NCBI RefSeq assembly: GCF_009914755.1
Contig: NC_060933.1
DNA length: 64,000 bases
Direction: 5' to 3' (one strand)
Source: the human T2T-CHM13v2.0 reference genome, Homo sapiens
Both the position numbers and the translations under genes were made by a program. Shown piece by piece: positions 34,458 to 58,844 of this stretch. Numbering within the stretch: the stretch's first letter is position 1; each line of letters starts with the position of its first letter. The notes under the pieces are model-generated. The model saw only the letters and a program-made list of their open reading frames with translations, did not search any database and was not told the origin of the DNA.

Positions 34458-35055
34458 ACGGCTCACGCCTGTAATCCCAGCACTTTGGGAGCCTGAAGTG
34501 GGAAAATTGCTTGAGGCCAGGAGTTCCAGACCAGCCTGGTCAACATAGCGAGACCCAGATTCTTTTTTTTTTTTTTCCCCCTTGAGAAGGAATCTCACTC
34601 TGTTGTCCAGGCTGGAGTACAGTGGTGCGATCTTGGCTCACTGCAACCTCCACCTCCCGAGTTCAAAGTGATTCTCCTGCCTCACCCTCCTGAGTAGCCG
34701 GGACTACAGGCGCCCATCACGACGCCCAGGTAATTTTTGTATTTTTAGTAGAGACGGGATTTTACCACATTGGCCAGGCTGCTCTCGAACTCCTGACCTC
34801 TGATCCGCCCGCCTCAGCCTCCCAAAGTGCTGGGATTACAGGCGTGAGCCACCGCGCCCGGCCGCGAGACCCAGATTCTAAAAAACAAAACAAAAAATTA
34901 GCCCGGTGTGGTGCTATGCACCTGTATTCCCAGCTACTCAGAAAGTTGAGGTGAGAGGATTGCTTGGCCAGGGGTTTGAGGCTGCAGTGAGCTATGATCA
35001 CACCATTGTACTGCAGCCTGGCCGACAGAGCAAGACCCCTTCTCAAAAAATAAGT
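34458..35055. mobile_element. Alu (+) with an antisense AluS nested inside
   Basis: Inner Alu ~34564-34863(-) flanked by TSD gcgagacccagattct (34548-63, 34864-79). Confidence 0.9.
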
Positions 35056-35239
35056 AAGTAGATAAAGTTCAGGGGTGTACAATCACAGGTGTGAATTTGC
35101 AGGATGGAGGACATGTAACATCTTTTTAAAAAAAAAAAAAAATTAGAAGGACCGTATAAAAAGTTAAAGAAGACTTACTGCTCACCTGACCACCCTTCTC
35201 ATAGACCCGAAAGTTAGATTTTACTTTCTGATTTTTCAC

Positions 35240-35940
35240 AATTTCTCCTGGATGCTGCGGTCCCGCCCCTCGCAGCATTCTGGATGTTGTAGTCCCTCGC
35301 TCCAGGGCATCCACGGTAGGGTAGTTGCGCGCCCCGTGGCAGTCTGGGTAGTGTAGTTCCGTGCCCAGGGGCAGTCCGGCTCGCGTACTTCCGCGTTCCG
35401 GCATCGTCGCCTGGTGCGTGGTGAGTGTCCTTTCACAGTTCTGGTGAGCTAGCCCGGAGGTGGTCCCCGCTTTCGCGGGCCTTCCACTGGAAGGAAGGTC
35501 GGGAAAGCTGGCATGGGCAGTCCATGTCGTGGCCACATGTTCCTTGGTGTTTTGAGTTTCGGCTGTGGGGTCTGGGCGTGCGTGGTCCACCCCGGAGAGA
35601 GGTCTTGGCGGAGGTCCTCTGGTGGGGAGGGGGCGTTGGCGTTGTCGCGTGCTTCTGGCGGGACTTTGGGCCCAGTATGTTGACCTGGAGGGGCCAGTGC
35701 AGGCCTGGGACCGACTTCCCGAGCTACTTCGCAGGTGCGTCCCCGGTACTTCGGGGGCCGCTGAGTGGGCTCTGCCTGGGGTACCCAGACAGCATCCTGC
35801 CACTAGTATCCCGCCATCCCCTCCCCACCATCGCGCCTCGGAGGTCTCTGGGCCAGCAAATGTGCCTTTGGAGGACATGATATCCTCGGTTGGAGCAAAC
35901 TTCCCCATTAGTGGGAGGCACGCGGCTTGGGCATCAGTCG
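35240..35940. promoter_or_regulatory. ZNF169: CpG-island promoter of ZNF169, probably bidirectional; ZNF143-type motif array, GC box, ETS motif
   Basis: Abrupt rise in GC and CpG; reverse ACTACAnnnCCCAGAnTGC-type motifs; CCCGCCCC at 35262; ACTTCCG at 35387; CpGs retained in adjacent Alus. Confidence 0.85.
35370..35420 (+). other. ZNF169: ZNF169 non-coding exon 1 (5' boundary approximate)
   Basis: Strong donor GTG|gtgagt at 35420/35421, just after the motif array. Confidence 0.7.
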
Positions 35941-35944
35941 GGTT

Positions 35945-40503
<4,559 letters not shown>

Positions 40504-41217
40504 TCAGTTGTATATGTTAAAGAAATTAGGAGAAAAAAGAAATAGTCTTTTTTGGGTGTGAACGTTATTTATCGTTTCTGGTGATCTTCAATCACCACAG
40601 AAAATCCAAGGTTCCATTTGGCATAATTTTTCTTCAGTTCACAAAAACTCTTACAGGGCAGGTCTGCTGACGATAAATTTTACTGGTTTTCTTTTACTTG
40701 AAAATGTCTTTGAAGGCTTTTTAAAAATCAGATTTATTACAAAATCACAACTCTTAAGTGTACAATTCGATGAGTTTTAAGTAATGTATATTGTTGTGTA
40801 ACTGATTTGCTCCCTATCACTAAAGTTTTGCCTTTCCTAGAATTCCATGTAAATGAAATCATATAGTACGTATTCTGTTTCTGCCTTCTTGTTACTTGAT
40901 CAGTAGTTTATTCCTATTCCTTTTTATTGTATTTTGTTGTATGATTCTACTACCTTTTGTTTATCCATTCTCCTTTTTCTGTTGTTTTTGATTGTTAGGT
41001 ATAGTAATTAAGCTACTGTGACAATTCTTGTACAATTCTTTTTTTTCCAGGGTTCTTTTACTAGGCTGATGTATATCTCTTTCTGTACCCTGTTTTTTTT
41101 TTTTTTTTTTTTTAATATCTCTTAGGTACTTTGGGAATTGCCAGATCATAGGTATGTTTAACATTAAAAAAAACCTGCCATACAGTCTTCAAAAATAGTT
41201 GTACCATTTTACAATCC

Positions 41218-46292
<5,075 letters not shown>

Positions 46293-46649
46293 ATCCTACC
46301 AGGGTTGTACGAGAATTCTGTTGCCTCATTCTTGCCAACACTGCTATTTTCTGTCTTTTACCTGCCCTGATTGATGTAAAGTTAAATTATTACATCTTTC
46401 TGGTTTTCTTTTTTCACTTCTTTTCTACTCTTTCTTCACTTTTTGTATTCTTTATATTTCCTAAGTGTTGAATTAAATGGTGAGATGAGACATACTTTTC
46501 ATGTTCTTGATCTCAGGGAAATCATTCAATATTTTGCTATTAAGTATGGTATTAGTGCTATGTTTTTGTAGATGCTTATTAAATTGAGGAAGTTTCCTTC
46601 TATTGCTAATTTGTTAGGAGTTTTTATCATGAATAGCCATTGAATTTTT

Positions 46650-47062
46650 TCATATATATAAATATATTTATATAATTTAAATATATATAAATTTCAAATT
46701 TATATAAATATAAAAATAAATATATTTTTAAATATATATATTATATAAATATATATAAATATATAATTATATAATATATAATATATAATATTATATATTA
46801 TATAATTATATATTTATATAATATATAAATATATATGTTATATATTATATAAATATATATAAATAATATATATATTATATTATATAAATATATATAATAA
46901 TATATATTATATTATATGATATATATAAATAATATATATTATATTATATGATATATATAAATAATATATAATATATTATATAAATATATAAATAATATAT
47001 TATATATTATATAAATATACATAAATAATATATGTATTTATATATATCTAAATATATATATT
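46650..47062. repeat. ~410-bp AT-only low-complexity (TA)n-type repeat
   Basis: Nearly pure A/T; recurring units such as atatataaataatatatattatattatatg. Confidence 0.95.
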
Positions 47063-47458
47063 TGCAACTACGAAGGTGATTTTTCTCCTTTATTTTGTTT
47101 TATTTTATTATTTTTGAGACAGGATCTCACTCTTGCCTAGGCCAGAATGCAGTAGCACGATCATGGCTCACTGAAGCCTTAACCTCCTGGGCTCAAGCAG
47201 TCCTCTCACCTCAGCCTCCTGCATAGCTGGGACTACAGTCACGTGCCACCATGCACAGCTAATTTTTGTATTTTTTTGTAGAGATGGGGTTTTACCATGT
47301 TGCCCAGGCTGGTCTTGAACTCCTGAGTTCAAGCAATCCACCTGCCTCAGTTCCCCAAAGTGCTGGGACTGCAGGAGTGGTCCAGGGCACCTTTCATTTT
47401 GTTAATGCAAGTAATTAATTGCTTTTCAAATGTTAAACTGGCCAGACTCAGTGGCTCA

Positions 47459-47772
<314 letters not shown>

Positions 47773-49495
47773 TCATGTGTTGCCATATCATCCTTATAAC
47801 CTATTGCTGGGTTTGACTTTCTATTATTTTTAAAGGACTTTTGCAGGAAGTGTATGGCTTTGTCAGGTTTTGGTGTCTGGATTATGTTGGCCTCATAAAA
47901 TGAATTGGGAAGTATTGCCGTCTCTCCTACTTAAGTATTTGACAGAATTTATCTGTGAGCCTGAACTTTTACTTCTGGTTAAAGTTTAAAATCATGATTT
48001 TAATATCTTTACAGATGTAGGGCCACTCAAAATTACCATTTTAGTTTTGGTAAACCTTATGATTAAAGGAATTTGTTCATTTCACGAATTTGGGGCCTGT
48101 TGTTTTTATTTTTAATAAGAATCTCTTATTGTCCTTTTAATGTATGTAGGATCTGTAACAATGTTTCCTCTTTCATTCCTGATCTTGGAAATTTGTCTTT
48201 TTAAATTTTAATTTAATCATTTTTCCTAGGGGTTTAGTAATTTTTTTGGAGGGGGTTGTAGGAGCTTTGATCTTCTTATTCTTTTTTTAAATTACTGTGG
48301 CAAAACAACCACGTAACATATATTTATCCTCTTAATACTTTTTAAGTATACTGTATAATATTGTTAACTATGTACAACAGAGCTCTAGAACTTTTTCATC
48401 TTGCATGACTGAAATCTTTTACCTATTGAATAGCAGCTCATTCTTTTCCTCTTCCCCATCTATTAGCAACTACCATTCTACTTTCTGTTTCTATCAGTTT
48501 AATTACTTTAGTATTCATATTAGTGGGATCATGCAATATTTTTCTTTTTGTGACTGGCTTATTTTATTTAGTATAATGTCCTCAAGGTTCATCTATGTTG
48601 TAGTATGAGCCAGAATTTCCTTCCTTTTAAAGTCTGAATAATATTCCATTTGTGTGGATAGACTACATTTTCTTTATCCGTTCATACATTGAATGGATAC
48701 ATCTGCTTCCAATTCCTTTGGATATGTATCCAGAAGTTGGATTACAGGATGATGTGGTAGTTCTATTTTTAATTTTTTGAGGAACCTTCATACTGTTTTC
48801 TGTAGTGGCTACACCATTTTACAGTCCCACTAACAGTTCATTAAGGTTCTACTTTTTTACATCCTTGTTAACACTTATTTTCTGTTTTGTTTTGTTTTGT
48901 TTTGTTTTGTAGTGGCCATACAAATTGGGGTTAGGTGATATCTCATTTTGGTTTTCATTTGCATTTCCCTGGTAATTTGTGATGTTGAACATCTTTTCAT
49001 ATGGTTCTTGGCTATTTCTATATCTTCTTTAGAGAAATGTCTATTCAAGTCATTTATTCATTTTAATTGAGTTTTTTGTTACTGAGTTGTAGAAGTTCTT
49101 TATATATTCTACATTTTAGCTCCTTATTTGATACATGGTTTGCAAATATTTTCTCTCATTCTGTAAGTTGCCTTATCACTCTGTTGGCTGTTTCCTTTGC
49201 TGCAAAGAAGTTGGTAAGTTTGATGTAGTCCCGTTTGTCTATTTTATATTTGTTGCTTGTTCTTTTAGTGTCATATTCCAGAAATCATTGTCAAGACCAA
49301 TATCATGAAGCTTTTTCCTATTTTTTTTTTTAGGAGTTTTATAGTTTCAGGTCTAGGGTTTAGCAATTTTAATTTTTTTTGCAAACACCCTTTGACTTTT
49401 TAATTCTCTATAGTTTTATTTCTATTTCATTATGTTTTCCTCTTTATTACTTCCTTTCTTCTTATTTTGGGTTCTTTTTGCTTTTCTTTTTTTAG

Positions 49496-49787
<292 letters not shown>

Positions 49788-49923
49788 TAGCCAGGATGGT
49801 CTCGATCTCCTGACCTTGTGATCCGCCCAGCTTGGCCTCCCAAAGTGCTGGGATTACAGGCGTGAGCCACTGCGCCCGGCCAAAAGCTATAACTTTCTTT
49901 CTAAGAACTGCCTTATTACCGGC

Positions 49924-50316
49924 TGTATTCATTTGCTAGGGCTGCCATAACAAAGTACCACACAATGGGTGGCTGTAAACAACAGAAATTTTTTCTTCAT
50001 AATTCTGGAAGATAGAAGTCCAAGATCAAGGTTTCGGCAGGGTTGGTTTCTTCTGAGGCCTTTCTCCTTGGCTTATAGCTGGTCATCTCCTCCCTGTGTC
50101 TTCACATGGTCTTCCCACCGGAAGTTTTTATGTCCAAATTTTCTCTTCTTACAATGACACCAGTTATATTGGAGTAGGGCCCACTCTAATGACCTCATTT
50201 TTACTTAGTTATCTCTTTAAAGACCTCACCTCCGAAGACAGTGACATTCTAAGGTACTAGGGGTTAGGATGTCAACATACGAATATGGGAGACAAGGAAT
50301 AATTCAGCCTGGAACA
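49924..50316 (-). mobile_element. MLT1 MaLR LTR
   Basis: tgtattcatttgctagggctgccataacaaagtaccacac...aattcagcctggaaca. Confidence 0.85.
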
Positions 50317-50528
50317 GCTCCAAGTCACAAATTTGGTAAGTTGTAATATGTATTAATAGGTTTATTAGAATCACCGAGTTCAAAATATTTTCTCATATCC
50401 CTTGGAATTTCTTCTTTGATTCATATCTCCTTTAGATAAGGGCTGCTTAATTCCTAATTATCAAGGTTTTTAAAAATATCTTATTGTTATTGATTTCTGC
50501 TTTGGTTCCATCTTGGGCAAATAATATA

Positions 50529-51345
50529 CAGATGTTCCTTGACTTACAATGGGATTATGTCCCAATAAACCCATTGTAAGTTGAAAATATTGTTTAAGTT
50601 GACAATGCATTCAATATACCTAACCTGCCGCACATCAGAGCGTAACCTAGTCTACCTTAAATTTGCTCAGAATACTTACATTAGCCTACAGTTGGGCAGT
50701 CATGTGCCCAAGGTGGTTGGGGCACAGCTTGGTTTTATATAATATTTCAGGGAGGCATGAGACATCAATCAAATACACTTAAGAAATACACTGGTTTGGT
50801 TCAGAAAGGGCAAAATCATCTGGCAACATGGTCCACTATAGAATATGGGTTGTTCACCTTCAAGATCGTGTGGCTGGCTTGGAGCTGTGGCTTGCTGCTG
50901 CTGCCCAGCATTGCAAGCCCTGGAAAAGATTAAAATTCCAAATCTGAAGTAGGGTTTTGACTGGGCATGGTGCTTTATGCCTTGTAATCCCAGTGCTTTG
51001 GGAGGCTGAGGCAGGAGGATCACTTGAGGCCAGAAGTTCTAGACCAGCCTGGACAAACAGTGAGACCCCATCTCTATGAAAAATAAAAAAATAGCCAGGC
51101 ATGGTGGCACACATCTGTAGCCACAGCTACTCTGGCGGCTGAGGCAAGAGGATTGCTTGAGCCCAGGAAGTTGGGGCTGCAGTGAGCTATGATTGTGCCA
51201 CTGCATCCAGCCTTGGTGACAAAGTGAGACACTGTCTCTCAAAAAGTAAATAAAAAAGAAGTATGGTTTTTACTGAATGTGTATTGCTTTCATACCATTA
51301 TAACGTCGAAAAATTGTAAGTTGAACCATTGTAAGTTGGGGACTG
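50529..51345. mobile_element. Tigger4-like DNA transposon containing a MER4 fragment and an Alu (~50960-51258,+)
   Basis: TA-flanked termini cagatgttccttgacttacaatgg ... ccattgtaagttggggactg. Confidence 0.8.
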
Positions 51346-51689
51346 TAGTCCTTTGAAATTGGAGATTTGTTTTCTATGCCTCAGTATTTCATCTACTTTG
51401 GTGAATATTTTGTGTACACCTATAAAGGATATGTATTCTATACTTGTTGGGTTTGGTGTTCTGCAAAGGTCCATTAGATCAGTACTGCCCAATAGTGTTT
51501 TCCAGATCATCCATTTCCTGACTTATTGTCAGTTCACTTTTCCATTAACTGAGTGAGGTGTAATAAATTTTCTTAACTATGATTATGCATTGGTCTATTT
51601 CTCTTTCTCCTATTCTGTCATTTTTCTTCCTGTATTTTCTCTCAGTCCGTGGGTTGTCTTTTCATTATCTTATCAGTGATGTAAAATAG

Positions 51690-52013
<324 letters not shown>

Positions 52014-52191
52014 TGATACACCCGCCTCAGCCGCCTCTCAAAGTGCTGGGATTACAGGCGTGAGCCACCACACCTGGCCTGCACTCTCTTTTCATTTAAG
52101 TATAGCCACAATTATTTGCAGAGAACATCGGTTAGACCATTTTTAACCTAAACTTAATACAATTTATACTGATTTTTTAAATGTTGTCTAA

Positions 52192-52482
<291 letters not shown>

Positions 52483-52898
52483 TGAACACCTGACCTCATG
52501 ATTCACCCACCTCGGCCTCCCAAAGTGCTAGGATTACAGACGTGAGCCACTGTGCCTGGCCAATTTTTGTATTTTTAGTAGAAACAGGGTTTCACCATCT
52601 TGGCCAGGGTTGTCTTGAACTCCTGACCTCGTGATCCATCCTTGGCCTCCCAAAGTGCTGGGATTATAGGCGTGATCCATCGCACCAGGCCGATTGGTGT
52701 CTCTTTAATTCTCTTTTTATTCTATAAGATCTATAAGAGCTCTTTTTATTGTATTTTTTCTACTGTGTTTTTAGTGCTATCCATTTGTTGAAAGTGTTGC
52801 ATTTTTAAAAAGTTGCAAACATGTTAGTTCACACCACAGAACGTTTGTATCATTTCTTAATGACTGTTTCCTCCATATCCAGAATATCATGATCACAC

Positions 52899-54000
<1,102 letters not shown>

Positions 54001-54759
54001 TCATCACATATTGAATTGTCTCTTGTAGTCTGCTTTTCTCATTCATTTGTGCAAGACAGGATCCAGTCAAGACCTATACTTGTCATCTGAAGTATGATTT
54101 ATCTCTTAAGAAATATTTTCATTAAGAAAAAATCTACCCCTACTTCTCGCTTCTTAAAAATCTCTTTATGAAATTGACTCGTTATAAAACTAGGTCAGTT
54201 ACTGACTGCCTGTTCCTAAATTCCAAGTCACATTTCAAATTTTGGGACCTAATTTTTGATATGTGAGTGGAGGGAAGGGTGCAGCCAGAGTCACATAGAA
54301 GGAAACTCAGGTTATGGCCTCCACCCTGCTTCATGTCTCCCTCAAAACCAGGAACTTCTGCTTTGGACTTCCTGGAACCTGTCCTTTGGCCTCACAGTAA
54401 ATGTGGATGGGATGCTTTTGTTTTCAGTATGATGAGGCATTTTATTTTTTAACATGAATGCTCACTTGAGGGCACTCTGAGGCCTTTTTCTTTTAATGGA
54501 GTCCACACAAAGTCTCACCCAGCTGCTGGAAGATAGGGGCTTCATTCCCTAACTAGAGTTTGGATGTAAGCCTGTTGCTGGCCCAGCTCTGTGGGCTTTT
54601 TTTATGAGACACTGGCTAAGAATGGGCTTCACCGATGCCCTCTGCAACCTGTCTTTGTTGCTTCCCTGTTCCTCTACTCCCTACTGAATTGGGAGGCTGG
54701 ACAGAGTGTGAAGGGTGTTCTTCCCAAGTACCTCTCTCACTTCTCATCTCTTTCCCCAG

Positions 54760-54847
54760 ATTTGCCTCTGCAACTTGACTCTCCTCTAGGAAGAGTACTC
54801 CAGAGAGCAGGGATATGTCACCAGGACTCCTGACAACCAGGAAGGAG
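54760..54847 (+). other. ZNF169: ZNF169 exon 2 (5'UTR plus start codon)
   Basis: Polypyrimidine tract ctctctcacttctcatctctttccccag| acceptor; donor GAG|gtaagt at 54847/8. Confidence 0.85.
54815..54847 (+). CDS. ZNF169: First coding segment of KRAB zinc-finger protein ZNF169 (MSPGLLTTRKE), phase-0 intron follows; KRAB and zinc-finger exons lie beyond the window
   Basis: ATG TCA CCA GGA CTC CTG ACA ACC AGG AAG GAG|gt matches the ZNF169 N-terminus as I recall it; typical short start exon of KRAB-ZNF genes. Confidence 0.85.
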
Positions 54848-55124
54848 GTAAGTCCTGAAATTTCTTCCTAGCTATTGCAGGAAGGTTTCATAATCTTTTC
54901 TTGTCCTGAAGGCTGCCTTCTTGGTGTTAGGCAAAGCCTATCTTGATCTTGTAGGCGTGACTCATCTTATCTGGAGTTTTCTCTCAGTCTTATTTGCTAC
55001 ATTTATGACTCAGTTATTTACCAAGTAGTTAACTGTGACCATCACATCCTGGGCAGTTAAAATAAAAATACAGGACATCCATGCTTATGTGCCCAGTGAC
55101 TCCGAAGGCCTACAAAAGTATAGT

Positions 55125-55686
<562 letters not shown>

Positions 55687-56517
55687 TCAGGGATGAGATG
55701 ACTGGCAGGCTATCCCTCACCGTGTGGGAAGCTTTCAACAGCCAGTGGTCTTTAGCCACATTAGTTTTCTGTGTATAGGTGAGGGCTCTAACCTGCTATT
55801 TCTGTGTGGTGCATGGATAGATTTAGTTTTGCAGGCCCATACTTTATAAAGTGAGTTTTCTGTACTTAAAAATTGGAAGATTATGCTTAAAGGTCCAGAT
55901 TGCCTACTTCTCTGAAAATAGATTATTCTCCACCAGCTAGGCAGCATGTGAACTTGATGTAGCTGAATGGAATTAACACTTACTGACAACATAAATAGCT
56001 GCCAGGCAGGGCATTTTTGTATTGATTTTATCAATTACACAAAATATTTATTGTCATTTTTGCTAATTCAGTTTTGCTTTGTGCTATAAATATGTCAAGT
56101 GTAGAATGAGAGATCTGTATGTAATCATATTCTGGGGCTCATGGTGGATATTTGCATATTTCTGGATAAATTAAAAATGGTTTTGATCTTATGAGAACGT
56201 CACTGAGAGCTGTGAGTCCCTTATTTGTTACACCTTTGAGAGAAATCTGTAACATCTTTGAGAGAAAATGTGTATGTAGCACAGGCAGTTCAGGATTTTT
56301 TTCCAAGGTAGCAGGAGACTTTTTTCTTCCGTGTGTTGCACTTTACTATGTATGTTAACAGAGAAGCATTCTAGCAAAACATGGAATATTGGCTTATGTT
56401 TTCTGTCCTTACTCTTCCACTTCCTGTGGAATCTTTAGCAGGCCCTAAACCTTATTCTGTCTGTGACCAACTTCTCTCAATATACATTTTTGTTTGTTTG
56501 TTTTAGCCATTTCTTTG

Positions 56518-57072
56518 TGTTAGAAACAAAATGCTTGTTCCTCAGTGCTGCAAAGAAACAGCACTCAAACATAAATTTAATTTTCTCAGCAAGGCAATTT
56601 TTACTTCTATAGAATGGTGCAACTCGCGAATGGAGTAATGGTGAGAGCACACCTGGGCAAGGGAGGGGAAGGGGTTCTTATTCCTGACGCAGGTAGCCTC
56701 ACTGCTGTGTCATTCCCCTGTTGGCTAGGGTTGGACCGCACAGTCTAAGCTAATTCCAGTTGGCTATTTTAAAGAGAGCGGGGGTACCAGCCAGAGTGGT
56801 GGGGTGGGTAGTTTGACGGAAGGGCGGTTACTCAGGATGATTCAGGCCAGAGCAGGTGACCAGGGGTGACTCAGGTCAAAGCAGGTGACAAGGGGAACAG
56901 ATGTGAACTACTGAGTAGAACTGGCGGGAAAGTTGTTTACTGAAACTAGAGGCAAGGGTGCGAAGAGAACCAGGAAGTTAAACTTTAAAATGGAGAATCA
57001 AAGAATAAGAGAGCTGAACATACTGACATACTGATTCTTTGAAGAGAAACTTGGAGTTCACTATATCTAACA
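56518..57072 (-). mobile_element. LTR10-family (HERV-I) solo LTR
   Basis: tgttagaaacaaaatgcttgttcc ... gagttcactatatctaaca; gcaggtgacc/tgactcagg repeats. Confidence 0.8.
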
Positions 57073-57451
57073 TCTGTGAAAAATTGATGAAAAGATATAA
57101 GCATCTAAGAGGCTTAGCATTTTAAAACAAAGCTTCCATATCTAGAATAGTGTCTCTTAGTCAAAAACCACTTGTTGCATAAAGGGAAAGAGGTTTGTTT
57201 GTTATGATGCATGTTATTTGAAGCATTGAAATTGTGTATTTTATTATTTTTAAAATTGCATTTCCTGGTACTTTGTTATGCATCAGATCTGAATTATGTA
57301 GAAAAACCTGACCTTTATGCAACATGACATTTAGGCATTTTCCCTAAGGGCTTTTGCCTGAGAGGAGAGTTGTAACATGCATTATAGTTGTAACATAGAA
57401 AGGGAGCTGGTAAGCACAATATGTTAGCTAATAAGAAACTAGTTAGCACCC

Positions 57452-58687
57452 TGTGAACCCAGAAAACCTGAGACAGGTCTCAGTTAATTTAGAAAGTTTA
57501 TTTTGCCAAGGTTGAGGATTGTCAACGAAAAGAGTCTAACTCTGTAAAATATTTTTAGAGTTTTATTCTGAGCCAAATATGAGTGACCATGGCCCATGAC
57601 ACAGCTCTCTGGAGGTCATGAGAACATGTGCCCAACGTGGTCAGTGTACAGCTTAGTTTTATATATTTTGGGGAGGCATGAGACGTCAATCAAATACACT
57701 TAAGAAATACATTGGTTTGGTTCAGAAAGGCGGGACAACTCAAAGCAGGGGCTCCGAGGCTATAGGTAAATTTAAACATTTTCTGGTTGACGGTTGAGTT
57801 TGTCTGAAGACCTGGAATCAATAGAAAGAAGAGTTCAGGTTAAGATAAAGGATTGTGGAGACCAAGTTTTATTGTGCAGAAGAAGCTCTCAGATAGCAGA
57901 CTTCAGAGAGAAAGCAGGTTGTAAAATGTTTCTTATGGGACCTAAAAGGGTGCCTGGCTCTTAGTTGATGATCTCCTGGATCTGGGAAGGAAGGAAGGAA
58001 GGAAAACAAAGGGGAAGGGGATTCTCTATAGAATGTGGATTTTTCCCACAAGAGACTTTGCAGAGCAATTTTAAGGTATGGCAAGGAAATATATTTTGAG
58101 GTTAAATATTTTTATTTTCTTCCTTGTCTCATAATGTTATGCCAGAGTCAGATTGGAAAGTAAGCCACGATATATAGGGTTAAATAAAACCCATCTGATG
58201 AGAATTTATGGTTTGTAGGGCATGACTTCCCAGACCCCTTAGATAGGAATTTGGGCAAGATAAAAAAAATCAGAGCTTAGTCCTCAGGATGTGCCCATGG
58301 CAGCCTCAGGAAGTCCTGACAACATGTGCCCGAGGCAGTTGGGATACATCTTAGTTTTATACATTTTAGGGAGACATGCGACGACGTCAATCAATGTATG
58401 TAAGCAGTATATTGGTTCGGTCTGGAAAGGCGGAACAACTTGAAGCAAGGCGGGGATGACTTGAACAAGAGGGGTTCCAGGTTACAGATACGTGAGAGGG
58501 ACAGTTACATTCTTTTGAGTTTCTGATTAGCCTCTCCAAAGGAGGCAAACAGATATGCATCTATGTCAGTGAGCAGAGAGGTGACTTTGAATAGAATGGG
58601 AGGCAGGTTGGCCCTAAGCAGTTCCCAGCTTGACTTTTCCCTTTAGCTTAGTGATTTGGGCGCCCCAAGATTTATTTTCCTTTCATA
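57452..58687 (-). mobile_element. MER4A1-like solo LTR (host of a nested LTR)
   Basis: TSD ACCC 57448-51 and 58688-91; ends ccaagatttattttcctttcata. Confidence 0.85.
57520..58286 (-). mobile_element. MER4E-like solo LTR nested in MER4A1
   Basis: TG..CA termini; TSD GGAT 57516-19 and 58287-90. Confidence 0.9.
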
Positions 58688-58844
58688 ACCCCTTCATTGA
58701 ATCTTAAAATTTTTAAAAATATTTGTTGTGTACAGGAGACTTTGTTGGTTTAGGAATAATGATACCTACAGCATAGCATCAATTTGTGTAAGATTCCTGG
58801 TTTATTTAGGGGTTCACTCCTCATTGGAATTAAAACTTAAAAAA

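Noticed and set aside
35126-35908. 260-aa ORF on the - strand across the CpG island
   Set aside because: No recognisable domain; the open frame is explained by GC content
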